A stretch of DNA of 64,000 bases from Candidatus Omnitrophota bacterium (lineage in GTDB: Bacteria; Omnitrophota; Gorgyraeia; Zapsychrales; Zapsychraceae), in contig JADFYJ010000013.1 of assembly GCA_015233115.1 (NCBI GenBank), positions 9,670-73,669 of the forward strand. Reading direction: 5' to 3'. The notes under the pieces are model-generated. The model worked only from the letters and a program-made list of their open reading frames with translations. It made no database searches and was not told the origin of the DNA. Below, one piece after another: positions 40,133 to 49,787 of this stretch (position 1 is the first letter of the stretch; each line of letters begins with the position of its first letter). The translations under genes were made by a program, and so were the position numbers.

Positions 40133-41427
40133 GTTTTCTCAATCACTCCACATTTTTCTAATTTATGAATCACGGACGACACCAGCTTTTCTTCTATCCC
40201 TAAGCGATAGACCATGTCCGTGACACTCATAGAGCCGTCCATCACAAATAAAACCTTCAAAATCACATCCAATTCCGTCATTCGCATGTTACCAGGAATC
40301 TGTGCTCCGCCGCTTTCCGGATAAAGACCATGCCGGCTTAGCATCACTTCTCCGTGCGGTTCAACCCGGCGGTAAACTTCCCGATTTTCGATTTTATCAA
40401 TAACCTTTAAATAAATCTTTAACGTTTGCTCAATATTCTCCGCAGATACAAAATTTAAATCATCTTGTGAGGTATGATATTGCGGATAATCATAATATTT
40501 ATCTTTGGTCACACTCACAGTATTGATCCGAAAGCCAGGTGAAGAATACTGACGTTCATCACTCCCATGACCGTCAAAAGGGTAAATTTTATATTGTCCT
40601 GCTCCGTATTCGTCGGACAACACCTCAGCAACAATTTGGTTCAAATAATGATCAGCATCCCAACTTTGTTTATATCCCATCATTCCCGGACCGCCGGCCG
40701 TCGTGACAACAAAACCAGCCGCGATTTTTTTCATGATAGTTTCATTATGCGCCAAATACGCAACCGCGCCAATCGTTTCCGGAATCCAAATAAACCGGTA
40801 GCTGTAATTACATTTTTTTTTCGACAATTCGTCCGCTAAAAAGGCGGTTAAAACCAGACCGCTCAGATTATCATTCGCTAATGATGGATGGCAGATATAA
40901 GTTGAGATTAAAATTTCTTGCGGCTTTTTCCCCTTAATAAGCCATTCCCCATAGGTCAAACCGCCGTTTTTAAATTCAGCCTCGATACAAACCTCATACT
41001 CTTCATCCGCATCAATAAATTTTTTATAATCCGCGAAACTTAAACAAAAACCCCAATCTTTTTTGTAATAACTTGTCCGGTAAGGAATCGCTTGCGGATA
41101 ATTTTCTAAATAATGTAAGTGCTTTGCCAGTTCTACGCCTTTTATTTTTTTACATACCGGTTCACTGTAACTAACCACATGCAAATTTGTTTTCTTAAAA
41201 TCAATAATTTTTTCGCCTTGCGCGTTCTTGATCCAAGCATCCTGAATATTCCATTCTTGCGGAACTATCCAATCAAAAACTTTCTGACCCGACGGATATT
41301 CTCCGATTTTGAGCGGGATTAATTCTGATAAAATCCGCAATGTTTCCCTATTCCCTTCGCCCGTAATACTGCGGCAAATCGGAAAAAGCTGTTGCAAATA
41401 GTTTTCTATGTTTTGAACGCGATCCAT
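40129..41427 (-). CDS. DUF4910 domain protein (M28 peptidase-like fold with C-terminal wHTH)
   Basis: LFPICRSITGEG, AIPYRTSYY, CHPSLANDNLSG, PETIG and GSDERQY motifs. Confidence 0.85.
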   Translation of the reverse strand: MDRVQNIENYLQQLFPICRSITGEGNRETLRILSELIPLKIGEYPSGQKVFDWIVPQEWNIQDAWIKNAQGEKIIDFKKTNLHVVSYSEPVCKKIKGVELAKHLHYLENYPQAIPYRTSYYKKDWGFCLSFADYKKFIDADEEYEVCIEAEFKNGGLTYGEWLIKGKKPQEILISTYICHPSLANDNLSGLVLTAFLADELSKKKCNYSYRFIWIPETIGAVAYLAHNETIMKKIAAGFVVTTAGGPGMMGYKQSWDADHYLNQIVAEVLSDEYGAGQYKIYPFDGHGSDERQYSSPGFRINTVSVTKDKYYDYPQYHTSQDDLNFVSAENIEQTLKIYLKVIDKIENREVYRRVEPHGEVMLSRHGLYPESGGAQIPGNMRMTELDVILKVLFVMDGSMSVTDMVYRLGIEEKLVSSVIHKLEKCGVIEKT

Positions 41428-42488
41428 TACTCTAACATTTCTTTCAATAATGCTGAATCCTCAGCAATCACCACTTTGGTTCTCCGGCCAATCACCTCAT
41501 CAATCTCCCGGGGAGAAATACCGCACGCCGGACGTTTCCAAGTGAGATCTTCTTTTTCGATCACTTTTCCTTGAGGAATAGTCCTCGCTGCTACTAAACT
41601 CCGCCGCGCATTTTGCCGCGCCGGCTGTTCCGTGGGCCACGATACCACTTCAAAACTCCCGACTAATTCCAAAACCCGCGCCATATTTCTGCGGAACAAT
41701 TTTAAATCATGTTTATCCATCGCGTGATAATGGTCATTTCCCGGGAGAGACTTGTCATGGGTAAAATGTTTTTCCAAAATCCTCGAGCCCAGCACCACCG
41801 CCGTTTCCATAGCCCGCATATCCCACGGCAGGGTGTGATCTGAATAACCAATGATCCTGTCCGGAAACGCCTGCTTCAAACCCAGGATCATGCCCAAATT
41901 GGCATTCCGGTTTTCGGTCGGATAATTAAGGATACAATGCAACAGCGCCAGGGGATTACCAAATGGTTCCACCCACCCCACCGCTTCTTTAACTTCCTCC
42001 AAATTCGACGCCCCAGTTGAAAGGATAATCGGTTTACCAAAGTTACACATCAATTGGATAAAAGGTTTATTAGTCAAATCAGATGATGATATTTTGTAAA
42101 CGCGCATCAAGTTATTCAAAAACGTGGCAGACTCGACATCAAACGGCGTGCTCATGAATTCGATCCCTGCTTGATCACAATACTTTTTTAGTTCTTCAAA
42201 TTCATTTTTCCAAAATTTATCGTGTTTTTTAAAAAGCTCATATTGGCTCCGCGTCGGCTCTTTCGTGGTATCCCAATAAGACGGAGAATTTTTCATGGCT
42301 AGGGTCTGGGCCTTGTAGGACTGAAATTTAACCGCGTCGGCTCCGCCCTCTTTGGCCTCATTGATTAAAAGCTTTGCCAAATCCATGGATCCTTCATGAT
42401 TCACTCCAATTTCCGCGATCACATAAGGATCAGTCACCGGTCTTTCCTGAATCCATTGTTTATTTTTGAATATTTCCAAAATATCCAT
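41427..42488 (-). CDS. neuB: Second nonulosonic acid synthase (NeuB family)
   Basis: IAEIGVNHEG, KFQSY, GYSDHT and LEKHFT motifs, SAF domain. Confidence 0.9.
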   Translation of the reverse strand: MDILEIFKNKQWIQERPVTDPYVIAEIGVNHEGSMDLAKLLINEAKEGGADAVKFQSYKAQTLAMKNSPSYWDTTKEPTRSQYELFKKHDKFWKNEFEELKKYCDQAGIEFMSTPFDVESATFLNNLMRVYKISSSDLTNKPFIQLMCNFGKPIILSTGASNLEEVKEAVGWVEPFGNPLALLHCILNYPTENRNANLGMILGLKQAFPDRIIGYSDHTLPWDMRAMETAVVLGSRILEKHFTHDKSLPGNDHYHAMDKHDLKLFRRNMARVLELVGSFEVVSWPTEQPARQNARRSLVAARTIPQGKVIEKEDLTWKRPACGISPREIDEVIGRRTKVVIAEDSALLKEMLE

Positions 42489-42493
42489 AGCGG

Positions 42494-43183
42494 TTATTTT
42501 CCTTTTAAGATATTTTTAATGATCTGCTCCGCGTCCATATCCGGCGAGACATTCAACTTAGCTAATTTTCCCAGATCTTCGGCCGTGTCAATATCCAATT
42601 TAAGCTCCGGGTGCCACAAAAATTTATTCAAAGGATCAAAAGTTTTAATAGAAAACTTATCCGGATTATCCCAAATGTAATTAAAAACATGTTCCCGCTG
42701 AGCCGGCATTTTAGCTTCACTGTTGATGCGTTCCAAAACGGAACGTGCGACCATCTCCGCGCCTAAACCGTCTGGAAATTTATTATTTCTGGGAATATGG
42801 TTATAAACATAATCACACGGGTTATACATATAAAAATCAATGAGATCATCAATGCATTCCCACGCTATGAACGGATTATCCGCGCAAACCCGGACAATAT
42901 GTGTCGCGTTGACTTTCTGTGCCGCTTGAGCAAACCGGTCAACCACATCATTTTCACTTCCTAAAAAGACCGTACCCCCCTGTTTTCGCACATGATCCGC
43001 TAATACCTGATTGTCGGCTGTATCAGGAATAGCAACGACCACTTGATCAATTTTTGCGGCTTGACTTACCCGGCCTATCACCCAATCGATAAGCGGAGTG
43101 CCCCGCAGCGAAAGCAACATTTTATTGGGCAGTCTGGAAGCGCCCATTCTTGCCTGAATGATGGCTATGACATTATTCGCCAT
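42494..43183 (-). CDS. spsF: SpsF-like cytidylyltransferase
   Basis: QARMGASRLPNK, GSENDV and RVCADNP motifs. Confidence 0.85.
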   Translation of the reverse strand: MANNVIAIIQARMGASRLPNKMLLSLRGTPLIDWVIGRVSQAAKIDQVVVAIPDTADNQVLADHVRKQGGTVFLGSENDVVDRFAQAAQKVNATHIVRVCADNPFIAWECIDDLIDFYMYNPCDYVYNHIPRNNKFPDGLGAEMVARSVLERINSEAKMPAQREHVFNYIWDNPDKFSIKTFDPLNKFLWHPELKLDIDTAEDLGKLAKLNVSPDMDAEQIIKNILKGK

Positions 43184-44795
43184 ATAAACACCTTTCAATT
43201 TCCCGCCAAACTTTGAGTTTATTAGTTAAAAAATGAAATGGGCGCATCCGTTCCCACAACTGTTTTCTTAAATGCCCATCAGCACAGAGCGAATGCAAAG
43301 ATTTTATAATTTTCTTTTCCGTCTTCCCTTTACTATAAAGGCCTAAAGCGATATAGCCGTTATCCTGGCAGGCAAATTTATGGGTTTGTTCCCTGTCGTG
43401 ATGGGCAATGATAATCGAAGGAATATTCATATGCGCCAATTCATAAACTGTCCGGCCGTTTGAAGAAATTGCCAGATCCACCCGTTCCATCACTTTCGAC
43501 ATTACTCCGGTTTGATTAGTAAATGATATCCCGGAAAAACTGTTTTGTTCTATAAAATTTCTGAGGACGTCCACATACTCATAACCCGGGCCCGCTACCA
43601 CATGCACCCGGATTTTTTGCTTTTGGCAAAAGGCATAAACCGTATTCAAAACAGTGAAAGTTAAATTACCGGGATCAGTCCCTCCAAAAGTTATTAAAAT
43701 ATCTTGCACCTTTTTCCTAAAAATATATTTTTTAGCTCCAATGAATTCATCCCGCAAAAAATAATATGAGTGGCCCCAGCGATATTGGGCGCCCGGCTTC
43801 AATGGCTCATCAAAGAGCTCATTAAAAACGAGATGGGCACTCTCGCCTCCCGGCCCTAAATCTTCAAAATTAACAACTTTGATCCCTGCTTTTGTCAAAC
43901 TCTTAATGTATTTCGCTTCCGTATTAAGAATGTCATTGATTACGAGATCGGGCTTAAGAGCAATAATACGTTTAATGATCTGCCCTTTGGCACACACCTC
44001 GATAGGATAGTCATGCCCCGCGATCTTCTGAACCGCGTCTGTGCTATCCTTCTCACAAACAAAGATAATTTCATCTTTGGAATTCTCATGCGCCAAGGTC
44101 AAAGCCCGGTAAACATGGCCCATCCCCATAGCATTATTTCCAATCACGCGAAAAATAATCCGTTTTCGTTGTAGCAGACGTTCACAGACCCACCAATCCT
44201 GATAATTTTTTATCTCTAACCAGTTTTCTTCCAATAAATACGGAAACCACTGCATGGGTTGTTTTTGAGCAACCCGGGCCGCTTTAAAAAGCATAAAAGC
44301 CTTAATCTCAACGAAAAAATTCTGGTCATCTTTTTCAGTTTTCAATCCACCTTTATCATTAAGGACAAACTCATGCCTCGTTCCCTTAACTGAAACGACT
44401 CCATCACAATCTTGATTTTTAAAAAAATCATAAGCGCGTCTGAATTCATTTACCGGCACTAAAGGCGCGTACGGCCAAAAAACTAAAACATTTTCCTTGG
44501 ACGCGTATTCCGCAAAAAATTTAGGCAGTTTCCCAATAAAATCATGATCATCGATTTTTAAAATTTTATCATAATAAAAAGCAATTTGGTTACGTTCGCA
44601 AATCAAAGAAATTTCCTCTGAATCCGTGATGACCAATATCTGCGCTAACGGAACCAGCTCTTTCGCCTTATCCATAATCCGCTGAATCAGCATGACCCCG
44701 TCTAATTTTTTAATCAGGTCATCCGCGAAAGCCACATTTTTTTTGACCGCCGGAATAATAATCTGGCAGTCTAAAATTTTATTTTCGTAACTCAT
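43173..44795 (-). CDS. Fusion of a degenerate cytidylyltransferase domain and a PseG/SpsG-like NDP-sugar hydrolase
   Basis: N-terminal IIIPA..K...TDS domain. C-terminal GMGHVYR, ITFGGTD and G.T.YELA...IP motifs. Confidence 0.8.
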   Translation of the reverse strand: MSYENKILDCQIIIPAVKKNVAFADDLIKKLDGVMLIQRIMDKAKELVPLAQILVITDSEEISLICERNQIAFYYDKILKIDDHDFIGKLPKFFAEYASKENVLVFWPYAPLVPVNEFRRAYDFFKNQDCDGVVSVKGTRHEFVLNDKGGLKTEKDDQNFFVEIKAFMLFKAARVAQKQPMQWFPYLLEENWLEIKNYQDWWVCERLLQRKRIIFRVIGNNAMGMGHVYRALTLAHENSKDEIIFVCEKDSTDAVQKIAGHDYPIEVCAKGQIIKRIIALKPDLVINDILNTEAKYIKSLTKAGIKVVNFEDLGPGGESAHLVFNELFDEPLKPGAQYRWGHSYYFLRDEFIGAKKYIFRKKVQDILITFGGTDPGNLTFTVLNTVYAFCQKQKIRVHVVAGPGYEYVDVLRNFIEQNSFSGISFTNQTGVMSKVMERVDLAISSNGRTVYELAHMNIPSIIIAHHDREQTHKFACQDNGYIALGLYSKGKTEKKIIKSLHSLCADGHLRKQLWERMRPFHFLTNKLKVWREIERCLYGE

Positions 44796-45957
44796 TCAGC
44801 ACGTCCTTGATCGCCTCTTGCAAATATAAAAATTCCTGATCGGTTAACCGATGCTGAAACGGAAAAGAAACCATGTTATCAAAAAATAAATCCGTATTCG
44901 GACAATTTGCCTTATCCAGCTTCAATTTTTTATAAAAATCATATCGGTATAATGGATAATACTGAACCACGCATTGAACACTTTTTTCTGTCGCCATCTT
45001 GCGAATAAAATCATCCCGCTTGCCATGAGTGATCCGTCCGGCCAGTAAATGATAATTATGCCGCACACTATCTTCTCTATGGAATTCCAGTTCAGAGTAA
45101 GATTTTAACGCGTCGATTAAAGAAATAGCCCGTCTGCGCTTTTGGGCATTGATTGGGTCCAGCCGTTGTAATAATTTTGTTCCTAACGCGCATTCCACTT
45201 CACCTAAACAATAATTGTTCGGCCAAACCGGTTCCCCATTCAATTGCGGCATATCCACATTACCCATGGCCGGAATCCAGTAATCTTGGCGTTCAAATGA
45301 AAACGCGCAATGCCCGTTATGTCGAAGTTGGGGAATAATATTGACGAACTTTTCATTATTGACTGCTAATACGCCACCTTCGCCTAAGGTGGTGATATTT
45401 TTATGAGAATGCAAAGAAAATACCGCCAAGTCAGCAAAAGTTCCGGATTGCTTTCCGTTAATACTCCCGCCAATCGACTGCGCGGCGTCTTCAATCACCA
45501 GTAAATTATGTTTTTTAGCCAAAGCCATAATTGAAGGCATATCCGCCACATAGCCGTACAAATGCACCACAATAATCGCTTTGGTTTTAGGAGACAGACA
45601 CCGTTCGATCGTTTCTGCCGTCACTACTCGGGTTTTCAGATCAATGTCTGCCCATACCGGGGTGACGCCTTTTTTCACAAAAGGATACACCGACGAAGTA
45701 AAAGTATGAGCCGGAACGACCACTTCATCTCCGGGTTTAAACTGACCTAATTGAGCGCAGATTTCTAACGCAGCCGTCGCGTTGCACATAGCAAAACATT
45801 TAGGCGAACCAATATATTCAGCAAATTTCTGTTCAAATTCTTTTAGGTATTTACCCTGCGTCAATGGATCCGCTGTTTTCATGGCTGTCACCACAGTCTG
45901 GATCTCGTCTTCGGTATAATCAATCGCGCGCCCGCTAAAAGGAATTTTGTAGGTCAT
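44779..45957 (-). CDS. DegT/DnrJ/EryC1/StrS aminotransferase
   Basis: VHLYG, EDAAQ and SLHSHKNITTLGEGG motifs. Confidence 0.9.
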   Translation of the reverse strand: MTYKIPFSGRAIDYTEDEIQTVVTAMKTADPLTQGKYLKEFEQKFAEYIGSPKCFAMCNATAALEICAQLGQFKPGDEVVVPAHTFTSSVYPFVKKGVTPVWADIDLKTRVVTAETIERCLSPKTKAIIVVHLYGYVADMPSIMALAKKHNLLVIEDAAQSIGGSINGKQSGTFADLAVFSLHSHKNITTLGEGGVLAVNNEKFVNIIPQLRHNGHCAFSFERQDYWIPAMGNVDMPQLNGEPVWPNNYCLGEVECALGTKLLQRLDPINAQKRRRAISLIDALKSYSELEFHREDSVRHNYHLLAGRITHGKRDDFIRKMATEKSVQCVVQYYPLYRYDFYKKLKLDKANCPNTDLFFDNMVSFPFQHRLTDQEFLYLQEAIKDVLNELRK

Positions 45958-45959
45958 TG

Positions 45960-47030
45960 TTACATCCTTTTAAATAGTGAAATCATTTTTTCATCAGTCA
46001 GGATTTTTCGAAAGTCTTTACCTAACGCATTGGTCAAAGGTTTCTCGTGAATGACTGAAGAATTCAACAATTGCTGATATTTTTCATTGGATAAATTCGC
46101 GCCAATCCCTTTTGGTAATTTAACTTTTTGCTTAGTCATCATGGTCTGATATTCCGCGTATTCCGCCGGATAAAACTCTTCCAAAACATTCATCGCGTAA
46201 CAATTGGCAATACCATGATGCATTTTAAGCGCAATACTTAAACCAGCAGAAACCGGATGGATTACGCCTACATTTCCAGCCGCGCAACCGCCCAGATAAG
46301 AGGCGATCATCATTTTTTCCCGGTTTTCATCACTCATCATATCGGCTGACAAAAAAATCTGCCGGCACATCTCAACCGCTTTTTCCGACAATGCGTCGAC
46401 CACCACATTCCGGTAACTTCCCCGTAACGATTCCACACAATGAAAATATGTATCCATGCCTGTATAAAAATATTGATCCCTGGACACTGTCACCGAAAGA
46501 TCCGGATCCATGATCAGCTGATCAAACATGGTAAAATCACTATTCATACCCAATTTAATTCCCCGGGCTTCATCTGTTAAAACACAAGTCCTCGACGACT
46601 CTGAACCTGTTCCCGACAATGTTGGAATACCAATTTTATAAATTCCCTGACCTTTCACTAAATCCCAACCCTGATACTGCGCGGCTTGTCCGCCATTAGT
46701 CAAAAGGTTGGATAAAGCCTTGGCCACATCCATGGTAATTCCGCCGCCAATACCCACTACGCAATACGGCAATTCACTGCCCACTTGATCTCTCAAATAA
46801 TCAATATCGGTATTTTTAGGTTCGTCTTTAGTATCAATGTAAAAAATTATATCTTTTTTGCCCGTCGGTATTAAATTGATCAAATCCCTGCCTTTAAAAA
46901 AAGCATCAATACAAAATACGACCCGACCGTTTTCAGAATGAGGAACATTCTTCAACAAATCGCCTAAAGCCCGGATAGCTCCTTTACCAAATACATAATA
47001 AGGCACATTTTTAATATTGCGAAAATTCAT
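45960..47030 (-). CDS. Iron-containing alcohol dehydrogenase, KdnB (Kdo 8-oxidase)-like
   Basis: GIGGGITMD, YQGWDLV, PTLSGTG.E.SRT, KLGMNSD, QYFYTGMD and HHGIANC motifs. Confidence 0.8.
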   Translation of the reverse strand: MNFRNIKNVPYYVFGKGAIRALGDLLKNVPHSENGRVVFCIDAFFKGRDLINLIPTGKKDIIFYIDTKDEPKNTDIDYLRDQVGSELPYCVVGIGGGITMDVAKALSNLLTNGGQAAQYQGWDLVKGQGIYKIGIPTLSGTGSESSRTCVLTDEARGIKLGMNSDFTMFDQLIMDPDLSVTVSRDQYFYTGMDTYFHCVESLRGSYRNVVVDALSEKAVEMCRQIFLSADMMSDENREKMMIASYLGGCAAGNVGVIHPVSAGLSIALKMHHGIANCYAMNVLEEFYPAEYAEYQTMMTKQKVKLPKGIGANLSNEKYQQLLNSSVIHEKPLTNALGKDFRKILTDEKMISLFKRM

Positions 47031-47572
47031 GATATAATCTCCTCTCCGGCGATCTCCTTGATAACATAAACAATTTTATCTGCGGGAAGGGCTTCTAAAA
47101 CAACAGCTCTGATCTCTTTACAAATCAACAAATGGCTTCCATCCCCGTGTTCAGGTAAATCCTCCACCTTAGTCAGATGATACGGCCCTTTAAAATGCTG
47201 ACGAAAAGCTAATTCTAATAAATCTGCCAGATCATTAACTCCCACTACGACGAAGTTACTCTCGCCTTGAGTGTTAATTTGTTCAACCAGTTTTTTTAAT
47301 TTTTCGCGGATGGTGCCGATAGAATTGATGGTCTTCATGGTGTAATGAATAGACTTGTTCATTTTTTCAGAAAAGCCTTTAGGGGTCAAAAGATATTGAA
47401 CCTTTTGTTTGTTCAATTGCTGAACACGAACCATTCCTTTAGTTACTAATCTCCGGACAAGTAGATTAATCATGCCCAAAGAAATCCCCATACGTTCAGC
47501 CAAAACGCGTTGATTTACGCCTTCCCCACTGCCGACGATATTCACTAATTCAAATTCACGTTCATCTAGCAT
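47027..47572 (-). CDS. Winged-helix transcriptional regulator (EPS-associated MarR-like)
   Basis: QR.LA...GISLG..N, Y.LTPKG..EK motifs. First gene of the locus. Start reassigned to MLDE. Confidence 0.85.
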   Translation of the reverse strand: MLDEREFELVNIVGSGEGVNQRVLAERMGISLGMINLLVRRLVTKGMVRVQQLNKQKVQYLLTPKGFSEKMNKSIHYTMKTINSIGTIREKLKKLVEQINTQGESNFVVVGVNDLADLLELAFRQHFKGPYHLTKVEDLPEHGDGSHLLICKEIRAVVLEALPADKIVYVIKEIAGEEIIS

Positions 47573-47583
47573 AACTTGCCCTC

Positions 47584-47600
47584 TGTTCATTAATTGAACA
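47584..47600. promoter_or_regulatory. Palindromic operator TGTTCA-N5-TGAACA
   Basis: Perfect 6-bp dyad between the -10 box and the regulator RBS. Confidence 0.7.
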
Positions 47601-47608
47601 ACGACACT

Positions 47609-47636
47609 ATTATATTAATTTAATAACTTATGTCAA
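47609..47636 (-). promoter_or_regulatory. Sigma70 promoter of the glycan operon
   Basis: Minus strand reads TTGACA-16 nt-TATAAT, with both hexamers matching consensus. Confidence 0.85.
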
Positions 47637-47660
47637 ACAAAAAAGAGACATAAAATAAAT

Positions 47661-47771
47661 AGAAATAAATAGGGACAGAAATAAATAGGGACAGAAATAA
47701 ATAGGGACAGAAATAAATAGGGACAGACGCTATTTTTTTGATTAAAAAATAGCGTCTGTCCCTATTTATTT
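47661..47771. repeat. 4 x 16-bp tandem repeat (AGAAATAAATAGGGAC) merging into a perfect 28-bp inverted repeat; possible terminator of the TonB receptor gene
   Basis: Units start at 47661, 47677, 47693 and 47709. Arms are 47711-47738 and 47744-47771. Confidence 0.9.
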
Positions 47772-47780
47772 TTTATTTTA

Positions 47781-49769
47781 TTAAAATTTTAATTCTATAC
47801 CTGCCAACACGTTAAATCTCTCCGCCGGAAAATAATCACGAGTATTAGCAGTCTTTTTCACTTCATACGATGAGTATAATTTATCCAGCATATTGTTCAA
47901 AGACAAATATACCTCAAAGTTCTTAGTTGGCTTATAAGAAATTTTACTTCCCAAGACAAAATATGGCTTAGCTTTAGGCATGGTATTGCCTACATCATTG
48001 ATAATATATCGCTGGCCAACGTAATGACCGAGTAATGAAAAATCAATCTTATCAAAGATCTGCCCATTAAATCCCAGGGCCGCTTGACTCCGGGGAACCA
48101 TCGGGATATCTTTACCGTCAAATACCCCATTTATAAATTCCGGAATTTCATAAGTATAATTCATGAAATACTTCAATTTGCTTAACCACGAATAATTAAC
48201 AAATCTCATAAGATCAAATGTGACACCATTTTCCGCCCCAATTCTACGGGTACGGTCATAATTCTTATCCTGGAACGTATTAGGATCGAAAAATATTTCA
48301 TTTCGATTCTCAATCCAATACGGGGTGCAATCAAATTCGATCCAATCGTGATAATTATGTTTGACCCCTGCTTCAAATTGAATACCTTTCTGCTGATTTA
48401 AAGTTGTATCCAATCCACTCCAAGAACTGTACCATTCATCTGTCGCCAAAAAACGGAAAGTCTGCTGGACATTAAAATGCACATTCGATCCTGCCGCGTA
48501 TTCATACCTGGTTCCTCCCATCGACACCCAGGCATTGGCATCCCGTTTAGTATCCGCGGATCCATTACGCTGATTAAAAGTATAATTGGCCTTCTGATAA
48601 CGGGTACCGGCATTCGCGAATAAATGTTCCAATACCTCAAGTTCGCCGGAACCGTAATAGCCAATTTCATCTTTGGAGATAACTAAATTATCCGTATTAA
48701 ACCGACTGCCGACAATGATGCTTTGATTAGTATAAGTATCAATTCCGGTCACCCAATTGACCTGACGCCCAAAAACCTGGGAATCAAACATGTATTTTCC
48801 TAAAATACCATCCGTCGTCATATAACGATCCGTATTCCACGTCCCGCTGAAAAAAGAATCAAAAACCTCCCGATTCCGATGAGTGTAATCCAAAGCAATT
48901 TTGCCGCCCTTAATCTCCTCGGGCCAAGGATTAATACTCACTGTTGCCTTGTAAAACTCATCATGGGTATTAGAGTGATCTCCAATATCAGCAGAGCCTC
49001 GTCGTCCCAAAGAGACTAATTCATTTTCATCCAGTCCTCCCGGCAACTGGTAATTATCTTTATGAAGACCATATTCAAAATCCAAACCTAAATGATTTCC
49101 CAAATCATATCCCAAACGGGTATTAAAATCTCCACTCACCACGTCGCTATTGGTTCGATACCCACGGTCATCCGCATACTTCGAATGGAAATAATAAGAT
49201 AAACCTTTTTCCGATCCTGAGAGCTGTACATTTCCGCCCTTTTTGTCATAACTGCCATAATAGGATTCAACTTGGCCAGATAACTTTCCTTTGCCTTTTT
49301 TTGTAATAATATTGATCACCCCTCCGACGGCGTTATCCCCGTAAAGCACACTGCCTGCTCCGCGGATGATCTCAATCCGTTCCACGTCTTCCAACGGAAT
49401 CTGTAAAAGATCAGCACCAGAGATGTCAATGGAGTTTGTTTTACGGTCATTCACTAAAACCAACACATTGCTTTTGGCGGTATCACCAAACCCGCGCATA
49501 TCAATGGTCGTGGTCTTAACTGAACCCCGGTCATAAACATAAATCCCCTGAACCTGTTCCAAAATCTGCGGGACAGTTTTCGCCGTGGAATGCTCAATAT
49601 CAAACAGATCAATAACTGTCACATTGCTGGACAATTTATAATCACTCTGACCGATCCGTGAAGCTGTGACCACAATCGGCGCCAAATGATTTTCTTCTGC
49701 GCTAACCCATTCTGCATTCACCAATACTGCTAATAAACATACCAACACCAACAAAAATTTATTTTTCAT
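47781..49769 (-). CDS. btuB: TonB-dependent cobalamin receptor (BtuB-like)
   Basis: Signal peptide, IVVTASR TonB box, ERIEIIRGAGSVLYG plug motif, C-terminal Phe, upstream B12 riboswitch. Start reassigned to MKNKF. Confidence 0.85.
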   Translation of the reverse strand: MKNKFLLVLVCLLAVLVNAEWVSAEENHLAPIVVTASRIGQSDYKLSSNVTVIDLFDIEHSTAKTVPQILEQVQGIYVYDRGSVKTTTIDMRGFGDTAKSNVLVLVNDRKTNSIDISGADLLQIPLEDVERIEIIRGAGSVLYGDNAVGGVINIITKKGKGKLSGQVESYYGSYDKKGGNVQLSGSEKGLSYYFHSKYADDRGYRTNSDVVSGDFNTRLGYDLGNHLGLDFEYGLHKDNYQLPGGLDENELVSLGRRGSADIGDHSNTHDEFYKATVSINPWPEEIKGGKIALDYTHRNREVFDSFFSGTWNTDRYMTTDGILGKYMFDSQVFGRQVNWVTGIDTYTNQSIIVGSRFNTDNLVISKDEIGYYGSGELEVLEHLFANAGTRYQKANYTFNQRNGSADTKRDANAWVSMGGTRYEYAAGSNVHFNVQQTFRFLATDEWYSSWSGLDTTLNQQKGIQFEAGVKHNYHDWIEFDCTPYWIENRNEIFFDPNTFQDKNYDRTRRIGAENGVTFDLMRFVNYSWLSKLKYFMNYTYEIPEFINGVFDGKDIPMVPRSQAALGFNGQIFDKIDFSLLGHYVGQRYIINDVGNTMPKAKPYFVLGSKISYKPTKNFEVYLSLNNMLDKLYSSYEVKKTANTRDYFPAERFNVLAGIELKF

Positions 49770-49787
49770 GTTTTCCTTTTTTTTACA

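Noticed and set aside
47661-47724. Possible CRISPR array
   Set aside because: Head-to-tail 16-bp units with no spacers and no cas genes, so it is a tandem repeat.
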